Shown here in pieces: positions 8,685-20,102 of a stretch of DNA of 64,000 bases. The position numbers and the translations under genes were made by a program. A model generated the notes under the pieces. That model was not told where the DNA came from. It did not search any database and was given only the letters and a program-made list of their open reading frames with translations. Numbering within the stretch: position 1 is the stretch's first letter; each line of letters begins with the position of its first letter. This DNA is from Myxococcota bacterium (GTDB taxonomy: Bacteria; Myxococcota_A; UBA796; SXON01), in contig JAZKFH010000063.1 of assembly GCA_040386535.1 (NCBI GenBank), positions 40,645 through 104,644 of the forward strand, in the 5' to 3' direction.

Positions 8685-9689
8685 TCAGGCGCCCCATTCG
8701 AGGGCGAGACAAGCCATGCTCATGCCGCCGCCGGACCCGATGAACACGCACAGATCGCCGTCGTGCACCTTGCCGGCGGTCACCGCGTCCGCCACACACA
8801 TGCCGATGGAGGCCGAGCCGGTGTAACCGAAGCGGTCCATCACGAGGTGCGCGCGATCCCGGGGCACGCCGAGCTTGTCGAGCGTCTCGTAGATGGAGAG
8901 CACGTTGAACTGCGTGAGGAACCAATGGTGCACGTCGCCCGGCTCCTTGCCGATCCGATCGAGGACGAGGCGGGCGATGCGCGGCCAGTGGGTGCCGTTG
9001 GTCTCGGGCGGGATGCGCTTGGGGAACGCGAGCAGATGGTCCTTGCGGGCGAGCACGCCCGCGTCGAACGGTTTGGCGCTGCCGCCGGCGTAGATCCCCA
9101 TGTAGTCGTGGTATTGGCCGTCGGTCCACAGGTGGCTCGCTTGGAACCCGCGGCCGCTGGTGGTGGCACGCACGATGGCGGCGCCCGCCCCGTCGGCGAA
9201 CAACGTGGCGATCTTGTAGTCGTCGAGGTTGAGCCACTTGCTCATCGCGTAGGCACCGACGACGAGGATGGTCTGGTATTGCTCGTCGGCCCGGATGTAC
9301 TTGTCCGCGAGATCGAGCGCGGTGACGAACCCGGCGCAGGCGGTGTTGATGTCGAAGGTGCCGGCGCGGGCGGCGCCGAGCCGGTACGCCACGACGGAGG
9401 CGGTGGAGGGGGAGAGGTAGTCGGGGGTGTCGGTGGAGACGACGATCAGATCGAGCTGATCGGCGGTGACGCCCGCGGCCTTCATCGCGGCCTCGGCGGC
9501 GGGGACGATGAGATCGGACGTACGTTGGTCCGGCGCCATCCACCGGCGCTCGAGGATGTTGCGCTGGTCGCGCAGGAAGGTGGAGATGTCACGGCCGTAG
9601 CGAGCGTCGAAGAACGCGTTGGGGACGACGCGCTCGGGGACGTACATGCCCGTGCCGGTGATGGTGGCGCGGCGGGTGGGCGTGGTCAC
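8685..9689 (-). CDS. Ketoacyl-ACP synthase III (FabH)-like enzyme with non-canonical His/Asn positions
   Basis: ITGTGMYVP, DINTACAGF, LFADGAGA and GSGGG are present; FLTQFN and GYTGSAS replace PHQAN and GNTS. Confidence 0.88.
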   Translation of the reverse strand: MTTPTRRATITGTGMYVPERVVPNAFFDARYGRDISTFLRDQRNILERRWMAPDQRTSDLIVPAAEAAMKAAGVTADQLDLIVVSTDTPDYLSPSTASVVAYRLGAARAGTFDINTACAGFVTALDLADKYIRADEQYQTILVVGAYAMSKWLNLDDYKIATLFADGAGAAIVRATTSGRGFQASHLWTDGQYHDYMGIYAGGSAKPFDAGVLARKDHLLAFPKRIPPETNGTHWPRIARLVLDRIGKEPGDVHHWFLTQFNVLSIYETLDKLGVPRDRAHLVMDRFGYTGSASIGMCVADAVTAGKVHDGDLCVFIGSGGGMSMACLALEWGA

Positions 9690-10114
9690 TGGACCCACTC
9701 GCCGTCGAACGTCCAGGTCACCACACACCCCTCCGCGTACGCCTCACAATCGGCGCCCAGGCAGGTGGTCGAGATCTCCCACTCCGAGTCGAACGCGTAG
9801 GAGGAAATCCACTCACCGTCGACCGTCACGCGGGTCTGGAACGTCGCGTCGCGCCCGCGGATCGGCTCCTCGTCGGCGAGGACACACGTGAACACGAGGC
9901 CGAAGCGCTCACACTCGATCGTGTCGTCCAACGTCATGCTCTCGCCGTCCTCCGAGAGCGTGACGTCCGTGGCGTTGACGCTCTGCAGGTCGGCAAGGTC
10001 GAGCTCCCAGACGTCCACACAGGCATCGTCCGCGACGAAGTTCTCCACCGTTGCCATGTAGGTGCCCTCGGTGGGCTCGATGAAGAGGGTGCAGCCGGTC
10101 AGGAGGAGGAGCAT
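9686..10114 (-). CDS. Hypothetical Cys-containing lipoprotein
   Basis: MLLLLTGC lipobox, acidic beta-rich body; stop overlaps the GTG of the FabH-like gene. Alternative start at 10165. Confidence 0.65.
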   Translation of the reverse strand: MLLLLTGCTLFIEPTEGTYMATVENFVADDACVDVWELDLADLQSVNATDVTLSEDGESMTLDDTIECERFGLVFTCVLADEEPIRGRDATFQTRVTVDGEWISSYAFDSEWEISTTCLGADCEAYAEGCVVTWTFDGEWVQ

Positions 10115-10176
10115 GGGCGTGTCCCGGAGGGGCTGCTCGTAACGGCGTCGCAGCCCGGTCGCCATCGCCGGGCCCG

Positions 10177-10205
10177 TTGACTACACGTGCGTCCGTGCGT
10201 ATGGA
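10177..10205 (+). promoter_or_regulatory. Putative sigma70-type promoter of dps
   Basis: TTGACT-17 nt-TATGGA, about 20 nt upstream of the dps ATG. Confidence 0.45.
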
Positions 10206-10225
10206 TGGCGCCTCCCGAGGCCCCC

Positions 10226-10693
10226 ATGAAAATCGACATCGGCATCTCCGAGCCCGAGCGTGAAGAGATCGTCGCGGGTCTGTCGCGACTCCTCGCCGAC
10301 ACGTACACCCTCTACCTCAAGACGCACAACTTCCACTGGAACGTGACGGGGCCGATGTTCAACACGCTCCACCTCATGTTCATGGCGCAGTACACGGAGA
10401 TGTGGACCTCCGTCGATCTCGTCGCGGAGCGGATCCGCTCGCTCGGCGCGCCGGCACCCGGCACGTACGAGGAGTTCGCGAAGCTCACCTCGATCGCCTC
10501 CACTGCGGGCGTGCCCGCGGCGATGGAGATGGTCCGGCAGCTCGTGCAGGGCCACGAGGCCGTGATCCGCACGGCGCGCTCCGTGTTCCCGGTGGTGGAG
10601 AAGGCGGGGGACGAGGCCTCGGCCGACCTGCTCACCCAGCGGCTCCAGGTGCACGAGAAGACCGCGTGGATGTTGCGGAGCCTCCTGGAATAA
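10226..10693 (+). CDS. dps: DNA starvation/stationary phase protection protein Dps
   Basis: [22 protein letters not shown]...D.VAERIR.LG...HEKTAWML. Confidence 0.95.
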   Translation: MKIDIGISEPEREEIVAGLSRLLADTYTLYLKTHNFHWNVTGPMFNTLHLMFMAQYTEMWTSVDLVAERIRSLGAPAPGTYEEFAKLTSIASTAGVPAAMEMVRQLVQGHEAVIRTARSVFPVVEKAGDEASADLLTQRLQVHEKTAWMLRSLLE

Positions 10694-10735
10694 ACGACGG
10701 TTGGCCCGCGGTTCGGATCGCCCTACCTTCAGGGG

Positions 10736-12013
10736 GTGAGCCCTCCGACCGCGACCGTCCTGGGTGCCAGGGATCCAGGGAACGTCCTCCGTGAAGCCGA
10801 CCGCGCGGCGCTGCGCGACCGGTTCCGCGCCGTCCGCGCCGCCACGGAGGCGCTCGCCGCGCCGCTCTCGCCGGAGGATCAGCAGCTCCAGTCGATGCCC
10901 GCGTGCAGCCCGACCAAGTGGCATCGGGCGCACACCACCTGGTTCTTCGAGACGTTCGTGCTGGCGCCGTGCGGGGTCCTCCCCGTGGATCCACGCTACG
11001 GCGCGCTGTTCAACTCCTACTACGAGGCCCTGGGGCCCCGGCACCCGCGCCCCCGCCGGGGAATGCTCTCGCGGCCGAGCATTGCCGAGGTGGGGGCCTG
11101 GCGGCGCGAGGTGGACGCGCGCGTGGACCGTCTGCTCGCGACGCTCGATGCGCGCGGGCTGGCCAAGGTCGCGCCCCTCGTCACGCTCGGCCTCGCGCAC
11201 GAGGAGCAGCACCAGGAGCTGCTCCTCACCGACATCCTCCACGCCTTCTCGGAGAGCCCGCTCCAACCCGCCTATCTGCCCCCCGAGGCCTGGCTGCCCA
11301 CGGAGAGCTGGCGGCCGCCTCGGCATGGCGAGCCGCACGATTGGGTGGCGTTCGGGGAGGGGGCGGTCACGATCGGAGCAGACCGGGGGGCGGACAGCGG
11401 GGCGTTCCTGTTCGACAACGAGGGGCCGCGTCACCAGGTGTGGCTCGCCCCGTACGCGTTGGCGACGCGCTTGGTGACCGTGGGGGAGGCCCGCGCGTTC
11501 GTCGACGCGGGCGGCTACGACACGCCCTCGCTCTGGCTCTCCGACGGTCTGGACTTCGTGCGCGCGCACGGCCTGCGCGCCCCCGGATACGTCACGCGCG
11601 CGGACGGCGCATGGCGTGTGTTCGGACTCCACGGGGCCCGCGAGGCGCGGGACGACGAGCCCGTGGCCCACCTCTCCTACTACGAAGCCGACGCCCTGGC
11701 GCGATTCCTGGGGGCGCGGCTCCCGACGGAGGCGGAGTGGGAGAACGCGGCGAGAGCGCCATCCGCGCTCGGCCAACTGTACGGTGACGCCTGGCAATGG
11801 ACCTCGTCCGCCTATTCGCCCTACCCGGGCTACACACCTCCCGTCGGCGCGGTGGGAGAATACAATGGAAAGTTCATGGTGAACCAAGTGGTCTTGCGTG
11901 GGGGGAGCCGCCTGACGCCGCCGGGGCACACCCGCGTGACGTATCGGAACTTCTGGCCTCCCGACACACGCTTCCAGGTCGCCGGGCTCCGCCTCGCCCG
12001 GGACGTGCGATGA
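10736..12013 (+). CDS. egtB: Ergothioneine sulfoxide synthase EgtB
   Basis: SPTKWHRAHTTWFFE, FNSYY, HEEQHQEL, FDNEGPRH, GEYNGKFM, YRNFW. Confidence 0.93.
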   Translation: MSPPTATVLGARDPGNVLREADRAALRDRFRAVRAATEALAAPLSPEDQQLQSMPACSPTKWHRAHTTWFFETFVLAPCGVLPVDPRYGALFNSYYEALGPRHPRPRRGMLSRPSIAEVGAWRREVDARVDRLLATLDARGLAKVAPLVTLGLAHEEQHQELLLTDILHAFSESPLQPAYLPPEAWLPTESWRPPRHGEPHDWVAFGEGAVTIGADRGADSGAFLFDNEGPRHQVWLAPYALATRLVTVGEARAFVDAGGYDTPSLWLSDGLDFVRAHGLRAPGYVTRADGAWRVFGLHGAREARDDEPVAHLSYYEADALARFLGARLPTEAEWENAARAPSALGQLYGDAWQWTSSAYSPYPGYTPPVGAVGEYNGKFMVNQVVLRGGSRLTPPGHTRVTYRNFWPPDTRFQVAGLRLARDVR

Positions 12014-12996
12014 GCGCCGTCCTGCTGGAGGCGCCGCCGCTCGACATCGGGGTGGCGAGCGTGGTGCGGGAGGGGCTCGGACGCCCTGACAAGCGCCTGC
12101 CCGCGTGGCTCCTCTACGACGACGAGGGGTCGCGGCTCTTCGAGCGGATCACGCTGCTCCCCAGCTACTACCTGACCCGCGCCGAGCGCGCGGTGCTCGA
12201 GATGAACGGGGGCGAGATCCTCGACGTGGCGGGTGGCGCCGACCTCGAGGAGGTGGTGGAGCTCGGCGCGGGCACCGCGACCAAGTCCCAGCTGCTGCTC
12301 GAGGTGCTCGTGGCCCGCCGGGGTTCCACCCGTTTCGTGCCGGTGGACGTGTCCGCCGCGCCCGTGAACCTGGCCCGTGCGCGCCTCGCACGCCAGCTCC
12401 CCACGGTGAGGGTGGCGCCGTTGTTCCAGCGGCACGAGGGCGCGCTCGCCGCGTTGGCGACCCGCCCCGCGCGGCGCGTGGTGTTGTTCCTGGGAAGCTC
12501 CATCGGGAACCTCGAGCCCGACGAGGCGCGGTCGCTCCTCCGTGCGGTCCGGTGGTGTGTCACGCCCGGCCCCGACGGCTCGGGTGGCATGTTGGTGCTC
12601 GGCACCGATCTGCGCAAGTCACCGGAGATGTTGATCCCCGCCTACGACGACCCCGAGGGGGTGTCGGCCAGCTTCAACAAGAACGTCCTGACGCGCATCA
12701 ACCGCGAATTGGGCGGGCGCTTCGACCTCGCCGCCTTTCGCCACGTCGCGGAGTGGAACGAGGCCGGCTCTCGAATGGAGATGTACCTGGAGAGCCTGCA
12801 CGAACAATCCGTTCCCATCGCGGCCCTCGGCATGACCGTGCACCTCGGGGAGGGTGAGCGCATCCATACGGAGAGCAGCCAGAAATATGGGCTCGACGAC
12901 GTGGACGCCATGCTCCAATCCGCGGGGCTGCGACGGATCCAGACGTGGATGGATCCGTTGGAGCGGTTCGCGGTGCACGTGGCGGGCGTGGGGTAG
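12010..12996 (+). CDS. egtD: L-histidine N-alpha-methyltransferase EgtD
   Basis: K.LP.W.LYD..GS.LFE.IT.LP.YY.TR.E, VELGAG, AYDDPEGV...FNKN, IHTE.S.KY; ATGA overlap with egtB. Confidence 0.93.
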   Translation: MSAVLLEAPPLDIGVASVVREGLGRPDKRLPAWLLYDDEGSRLFERITLLPSYYLTRAERAVLEMNGGEILDVAGGADLEEVVELGAGTATKSQLLLEVLVARRGSTRFVPVDVSAAPVNLARARLARQLPTVRVAPLFQRHEGALAALATRPARRVVLFLGSSIGNLEPDEARSLLRAVRWCVTPGPDGSGGMLVLGTDLRKSPEMLIPAYDDPEGVSASFNKNVLTRINRELGGRFDLAAFRHVAEWNEAGSRMEMYLESLHEQSVPIAALGMTVHLGEGERIHTESSQKYGLDDVDAMLQSAGLRRIQTWMDPLERFAVHVAGVG

Positions 12997-13017
12997 GGGA
13001 GCGCGGCCGGGGTCGGG

Positions 13018-14250
13018 TCAGCCCGAGCCCGGTTCGCCCGAGACCTCCAGCGCCAGGATCGAGATGTCGTCTTTCGGCCTCTCGGAGCCACGCCACCGCG
13101 AGATCTCCCCGAGGAGCGTGGTCATGCCGTCCTGTAGCGACGAGGAGCGCCGTTCGCGGATGGCCTCCAGGAGACGCGCGGTGCCGAACTGCTCGCCGGA
13201 GGGGTCCCGCGCTTCGGGGACGCCATTCGAGTACAGGTACAGGCGGTCTCCAGCCCGCAGGCGGACCGACTGCTCCTCGTAGGCCGTGTCGGCCAGGCCG
13301 ATCGGGCGACCGGCGTGCTCCAGGACCACGGGATCGGCGTCGGCGGGCAGGTGCACCGGGCCGGGGTGCCCGGCGGCGACGTAGCGGAACTCTCCGGTCC
13401 CCGCGTTCAGCACGCCATAGAGCATGGTCGTGGTCGGCTCGGACGCCGCGTCGAACGGGAAGAGCCGGTTCAGCCGGACGGCGACCTCGGCGGGCGGCGT
13501 GATGTCGACGGGATTCCCCTCGCGGACGAGGATCGACGAGGGCTCCGACGGCGGCGCGAGGAGCCGGCTCAGCGCCACGGACAACAGAGCGGCCGCCACG
13601 CCACGGCCGCTCACGTCCAGGACGTACAGGCCGACCGAGCCATCCCCGAAGTGGATCACGTTCAGCGAATCGCCGGCCAACTCGTCACAGGAGCGGTAGA
13701 TCCAGGCGAAGTTCATGCCGCCGACACGCGGCACGGCGCGGGGGAGGAACATCTCCCGGATCTGTTCCGCGGCCGCGAGGTCACGGGACAACCGGCGGTT
13801 GGCCTCTGCCAGCCGCGTGTTCGCCTCCTCCAGCTCGGTTTGCAGGCGGCGAAGCTTCAGGTGTGTCTCGACGCGGGCGTGCAGCTCTTCCATCTGGAAC
13901 GGCTTGGTGAGGTAGTCCACGCCGCCCAGGGAGAAGGCCTTCACCTTGTCGAGCTGCTCGGTGAGGGCGCTGATGAAAATTACGGGGATCCCTTTCAGCC
14001 TGTCGTCGGCCTTGAGCTGCTGACACACCTCGTAGCCGTTCATCTCCGGCATGTTGATGTCCAGCAGGATCAACTCCGGCGGATCTCGCATGGCCGCCGC
14101 CAGCGCCAACTTACCGCTTGGAACCGGGCGAACCTTGTAGCCGCGGTCCTTGAGCATGCCGGCCAACACCTGCAGGTTCGCGGGGGTGTCGTCGACCACC
14201 AGGATGCCTGCCGGCTGCTTGGGGCCGCTCCCGGGCTTGTCGGCAATCAT
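13018..14250 (-). CDS. Response regulator with a SpoIIE/PP2C phosphatase output domain
   Basis: ILVVDD...LILLDINMP...KPF receiver, coiled coil, LAGD, DVSGRG, AGHP, YSNG, DDISIL. Confidence 0.9.
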   Translation of the reverse strand: MIADKPGSGPKQPAGILVVDDTPANLQVLAGMLKDRGYKVRPVPSGKLALAAAMRDPPELILLDINMPEMNGYEVCQQLKADDRLKGIPVIFISALTEQLDKVKAFSLGGVDYLTKPFQMEELHARVETHLKLRRLQTELEEANTRLAEANRRLSRDLAAAEQIREMFLPRAVPRVGGMNFAWIYRSCDELAGDSLNVIHFGDGSVGLYVLDVSGRGVAAALLSVALSRLLAPPSEPSSILVREGNPVDITPPAEVAVRLNRLFPFDAASEPTTTMLYGVLNAGTGEFRYVAAGHPGPVHLPADADPVVLEHAGRPIGLADTAYEEQSVRLRAGDRLYLYSNGVPEARDPSGEQFGTARLLEAIRERRSSSLQDGMTTLLGEISRWRGSERPKDDISILALEVSGEPGSG

Positions 14251-17200
14251 GTGCTCACCCCCCCGTTCAAGACGTCGAGGAGCTTCTGGTACTGAAATCC
14301 TTCGGCGAGGTGGCGCAGGCCCGACGCGACCGCGGGATCCCGCCCCTGGACACCCTCGATTTGTTCCAGCAGTTGGTCGAAATCCGCCGTGAGGACGGCG
14401 TCCCGCATCGCCTGGAGGATGTCCTCCGGCCAACCCACCAGCGACTCCGCGGTGAGCTCCGCCGTCTCCACCCGTACGATGGGATCCTCCGAGAAGACGT
14501 ATTCCACCCCGAGGTGGGTGTGCATCTTCTGGAACAGCTCCATCTCCCGGAACGGCTTGCTGATGAAGTCGTCCGCGCCGATCGCCATCAGCTCCTGGCG
14601 ATTCCCCAACATCACGCTGGCGGTGACCGCGATGATCTTGGTGGCGTCGCCCCCGGGCATGGCCCGGATGCGGCGAATCGCCTCGTCCCCGTTCATCACC
14701 GGCATGCGGTAGTCCATCAAGATGAGGTTGGGCCGCCAGGCTTCGAATTCTCGGACGGCCTCCTCCCCGTTGGTCGCCAGGCGAATCTCGAAGCCGAGGG
14801 GGGCGAGGAGGTGCTCCAGGAGCTGCCGGTTGTCGTCCACGTCGTCGGCGATCAGCACCCGGAAGCTCGCCTGCCCGACCTGCAGCCCCATGACACGTTG
14901 CGGCTCATCCTTGGCAGCAACCCCGTGCGCGTCCCCTTCCACGAGGGGCAAGTTGATCACGAACATGCTCCCCTTGCCAACCTGGCTCGTCACCGTGATG
15001 GCGCCGCCCATGAGGCGAACGAATTCCTGGCTGATGGCCAGGCCCAACCCGGTCCCGGTCCCGGACTGTTGTCCGGTCTTCGTCTGCTCGAAGTGTCGGA
15101 ACAACTTGCCGAGCTCCTCCTGGGAGATGCCCGGGCCGGTGTCCTCGATCTCCACCTGCAGGAACGCTCCCGCCGCGCCGTCTTGTTTGGCCCCGACGCG
15201 CACGCCGACGCCGCCGTGCTCGGTGAACTTGACGGCGTTGCCGAGCACGTTGATGAAGACCTGGCGCAGCTTGTTGATGTCGGAGACGATGAATCGAGGG
15301 ACCTTGCCGACCATCTCGACGTAGAACATCAACTTCTTCTCGTCCGTACGGACGCGGAACATCATCTCCAGGTCACTGAGCAGTACGGGCAGGTCGAACG
15401 TGGCGAGGTTCAGGGTGGTGCGGCCCGCCTCGATCTTGGACATCTCGAGGATGTCGTTGATGAGGGCAAGCAGATGTTCGCCGCTACGATTGATGGTCCC
15501 CAGGTACTGACACTGGCGTGGGGTGAGGTCCTGGTCACGCAGCATCAACTGGGAGAACCCGAGGATGGCGTTCATGGGCGTACGGATCTCGTGCGACATG
15601 TTTGCCAGGAAAACGCTCTTCGCCCGGTTCGCCTGCTGGAGCGACTCTTCGTAGCGCTTTCGCTCGGTGACGTCGCGGGCGGCGGCGAACACACCTTGCA
15701 GCTTGCGATCGCGGTCGTGGAACGTGGACGCGTTGTAGGAAACCACGGTCTCCTTGCCGTCCCGGTGGCGCGCGGTGAGCTCGTAGTCCGTGATCTTGCG
15801 TTCGTTCAGCACCAGCCGGATGCCGGCCTGGGCTCGCTCCGGGTCCGTGAAGTAGTCCTTGAACGGGGCGCCAATCAGCTCGTCGCGCGTGCAGCCGGTG
15901 AGGGCCTCCATCTGCTTGTTCACGTCGGTGATGATGCCACGGAGGTCCGTGGTGATCAGGGCATCGATGTTGGATTCGATGAGCGAGCGCGTGTAGAACT
16001 GTTGATCCCGGACGCGCTGATCGAGGATCAGGCGCTCCGCCTCCACCTGTTGGCGCGCGGTATTGTCGGTGCCGATCAGGAGGTATCCGATGATCCCGCC
16101 CTGGGCGTCCCGCAGGGCCGTGACGGACACGATGGCCGGAAAGCGGCTGCCATCCTTGCGGATGTAGGTCAGCTCGTAGATGTCCTCGATCCCACGCGAG
16201 GCCTTGAAGACCAACGCCTCGAAGCCGGGGGTGATCCGGGTGCCGAGCTCGGCGCTCAGGGCCTTGGCGCGCGAGATGACCTCCTGCGGATCGGAGATGT
16301 CGGCCGGCGTGATCTTGTCGACCACGTCGATCGCCTCGTACCCCAGCATGCGCTGGGCCCCGACGTTGAAGATCTGGATGACCCCCTTCTCGTCGGTGGC
16401 GATACTCGAGAAGTTGGCGCTGTTGAAGATCGCGCTCTGGAGGGCCCCGGCCTTGAGCAGCTCCTCTTCCGCGAGCTTGCGCGCGGTGTTGTCCGTGCCG
16501 ATCAGCAGGTAGCCGATGATCGCGCTCTGGTCGTCGCGGAGCGCGGTGACCGACACGACCGCCGGGAAGCGGCTGCCGTCCTTTCGGATGTAGGTGAGCT
16601 CGTAGATGTCCTCGATGCCGCGCGCGGCCTTGAAGACCAGCGCCTCGAACCCGGGGGTGATCGTGGTCGCGAGCTCGACGCTCAACGCGGCGGCGCGGGC
16701 GATGACCTCCTGCGGATCGGAGATGTCCGCGGGGGTGATCTTGTTCATCACCTCGAACGCGGCGTAGCCCAGCATGCGCTCGGCCCCGACGTTGAAGATC
16801 TGGATGACGCCCTTCTCGTCCGTCGCGATGCTGGAGAAATTGGCGCTGTTGAAGATCGCGCTCTGGAGGGCGCCGGCCTTGAGGAGGGCTTCTTCCGCCC
16901 GCTTGCGCGCGGTGTTGTCCGTGCCGATCAGCAGGTAGCCGATGATCGCGCTCTGGTCGTCGCGGAGCGCGGTGACCGACACGACCGCCGGGAAGCGGCT
17001 GCCGTCCTTTCGGATGTAGGTGAGCTCGTAGATGTCCTCGATGCCGCGCGCGGCCTTGAAGACCAGCGCCTCGAACCCGGGGGTGATCGTGGTCGCGAGC
17101 TCGACGCTCAACGCGGCGGCGCGGGCGATGACCTCCTGCGGATCGGAGATGTCCGCGGGGGTGATCTTGTTCATCACCTCGAACGCGGCGTAGCCCAGCA

Positions 17201-17720
17201 TGCGCTCGGCCCCGACGTTGAAGATCTGGATGACGCCCTTCTCGTCCGTCGCGATGCTGGAGAAGTTGGCGCTGTTGAAGATCGCGCTCTGGAGGGCACC
17301 GGCCTTGAGGAGCGCCTCTTCCGCACGCTTGCGCGGGGTCACGTCTTCCATGGCGAGCACGAGCAGCTCGCCGTGGTGGCCCGCCTGGAGCTTGCGGGCG
17401 TTGAGCAGCATCACCCGGCGACCGATCACCGGGAACGTGTGCTCCAGCTCGAAGTCGGCGAAGTCGGAGCTCTTGGGTACGATGTCCTCGAGCAGGGTCC
17501 GCAGGTCGGGGATGTCCCACTGCCCGTTGCCCAATTCGTAGATGAGGCGGCCCTCGGTCTCTCCGGGCGAGACGTGGAAGGTCTGGTAGAACGCGCGGTT
17601 GGCGGACCGCACCCGCAGGGTTGCGTCGAGGATCAGCAGGGGCTCGCGCACTGTGTCGACGATGTTCTGCGCGTAGGTCTCAATCTCGTCGACCAACGGC
17701 CGTTGTTCGGTCATCGCCAT
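14247..17720 (-). CDS. Hybrid sensor histidine kinase: five PAS domains, HisKA, HATPase and REC
   Basis: FLANMSHEIRTPMNAI, NAVKFT, DTGPGI, GTGLGL, VLIADD...LILMDYRMP; three 142-aa PAS repeats. Confidence 0.93.
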   Translation of the reverse strand: MAMTEQRPLVDEIETYAQNIVDTVREPLLILDATLRVRSANRAFYQTFHVSPGETEGRLIYELGNGQWDIPDLRTLLEDIVPKSSDFADFELEHTFPVIGRRVMLLNARKLQAGHHGELLVLAMEDVTPRKRAEEALLKAGALQSAIFNSANFSSIATDEKGVIQIFNVGAERMLGYAAFEVMNKITPADISDPQEVIARAAALSVELATTITPGFEALVFKAARGIEDIYELTYIRKDGSRFPAVVSVTALRDDQSAIIGYLLIGTDNTARKRAEEALLKAGALQSAIFNSANFSSIATDEKGVIQIFNVGAERMLGYAAFEVMNKITPADISDPQEVIARAAALSVELATTITPGFEALVFKAARGIEDIYELTYIRKDGSRFPAVVSVTALRDDQSAIIGYLLIGTDNTARKLAEEELLKAGALQSAIFNSANFSSIATDEKGVIQIFNVGAQRMLGYEAIDVVDKITPADISDPQEVISRAKALSAELGTRITPGFEALVFKASRGIEDIYELTYIRKDGSRFPAIVSVTALRDAQGGIIGYLLIGTDNTARQQVEAERLILDQRVRDQQFYTRSLIESNIDALITTDLRGIITDVNKQMEALTGCTRDELIGAPFKDYFTDPERAQAGIRLVLNERKITDYELTARHRDGKETVVSYNASTFHDRDRKLQGVFAAARDVTERKRYEESLQQANRAKSVFLANMSHEIRTPMNAILGFSQLMLRDQDLTPRQCQYLGTINRSGEHLLALINDILEMSKIEAGRTTLNLATFDLPVLLSDLEMMFRVRTDEKKLMFYVEMVGKVPRFIVSDINKLRQVFINVLGNAVKFTEHGGVGVRVGAKQDGAAGAFLQVEIEDTGPGISQEELGKLFRHFEQTKTGQQSGTGTGLGLAISQEFVRLMGGAITVTSQVGKGSMFVINLPLVEGDAHGVAAKDEPQRVMGLQVGQASFRVLIADDVDDNRQLLEHLLAPLGFEIRLATNGEEAVREFEAWRPNLILMDYRMPVMNGDEAIRRIRAMPGGDATKIIAVTASVMLGNRQELMAIGADDFISKPFREMELFQKMHTHLGVEYVFSEDPIVRVETAELTAESLVGWPEDILQAMRDAVLTADFDQLLEQIEGVQGRDPAVASGLRHLAEGFQYQKLLDVLNGGVST
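16051..17326. repeat. Intragenic tandem repeat, 426-bp period, three copies (PAS domain)
   Basis: 16475-16900 and 16901-17326 are nearly identical in DNA; the copy at about 16051-16474 is diverged. Confidence 0.92.
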
Positions 17721-17735
17721 CCTTGTGCGTGTTCG

Positions 17736-18109
17736 CTATCTGTTCGCATCCACCTGTCCGACCCGCTCGAGCAGATCGTCGATGTCGTAGTTTCCCTTCA
17801 CGAAGTACTCGAGCGCGGCGAGCTTGCAGGCGCTGCGGATGCTCGCCGGATCGCCGTCCGCCGTCATCATCCAGACCGGGGTGCGCGCGACCCTCTCGTT
17901 GGACATGGACCGGATCCGCGCAAGCACCGCGAAGCCATCCAGGTCGGGCATGGAGATGTCGAGCAGGATGAGGTCCGGCCGCTCCGCCTCCACCCGCGCC
18001 AGCGCCTCGAGACCGCCCCCTACCTCGATCGACCTGTGACCAGCGCTCGTGAGCGCGCTCGCGAGGAGCATCCGAAGATCGGCGCTGTCGTCGACGATCA
18101 TTACTTTGA

Positions 18110-18113
<4 letters not shown>
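17736..18113 (-). CDS. Single-domain response regulator
   Basis: MIKVMIVDD...PDLILLDISMPDLDG...MMTA...YFVKG. Confidence 0.9.
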
Positions 18114-19831
<1,718 letters not shown>

Positions 19832-20059
19832 CTCGGACTCGCGGAGGGGCAACACGGTCGGAGCGGGGGAAACGAAGGGCAGGGCGTGGCCGGGGGTGCA
19901 GGCAGACAGATAAGAGGTCTGCGCCGCGGCATCCACCAGACCCAGGTCGCGCCTCGGTCCGCGAGGGGCCCGGCGGGCGGCCGCGCGGGCGCGGCCGGTT
20001 CGGCACCCGGCGCGTGAGCGCCGCCGTGCCAACCAAGCGAAGCGCGCCCAGAGGGGCCC

Positions 20060-20082
20060 GGCCCCGCCGCATCGGCGGGGCC
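20060..20082. terminator. GC-rich hairpin downstream of glnA
   Basis: ggccccgccg-cat-cggcggggcc perfect 10-bp stem; no clear U-tract. Confidence 0.4.
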
Positions 20083-20102
20083 GCGGCCAACTGACACAAA
20101 AG

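Noticed and set aside
10736..12013. Selenoneine (SenA) or ovothiol (OvoA) synthase
   Set aside because: No senB/selD neighbours and no fused methyltransferase; it is coupled to egtD.
20015..20035. Sigma54 promoter (minus-strand TTGGCACG) upstream of the signalling cluster
   Set aside because: The GC element is not at the required GG-N10-GC spacing.
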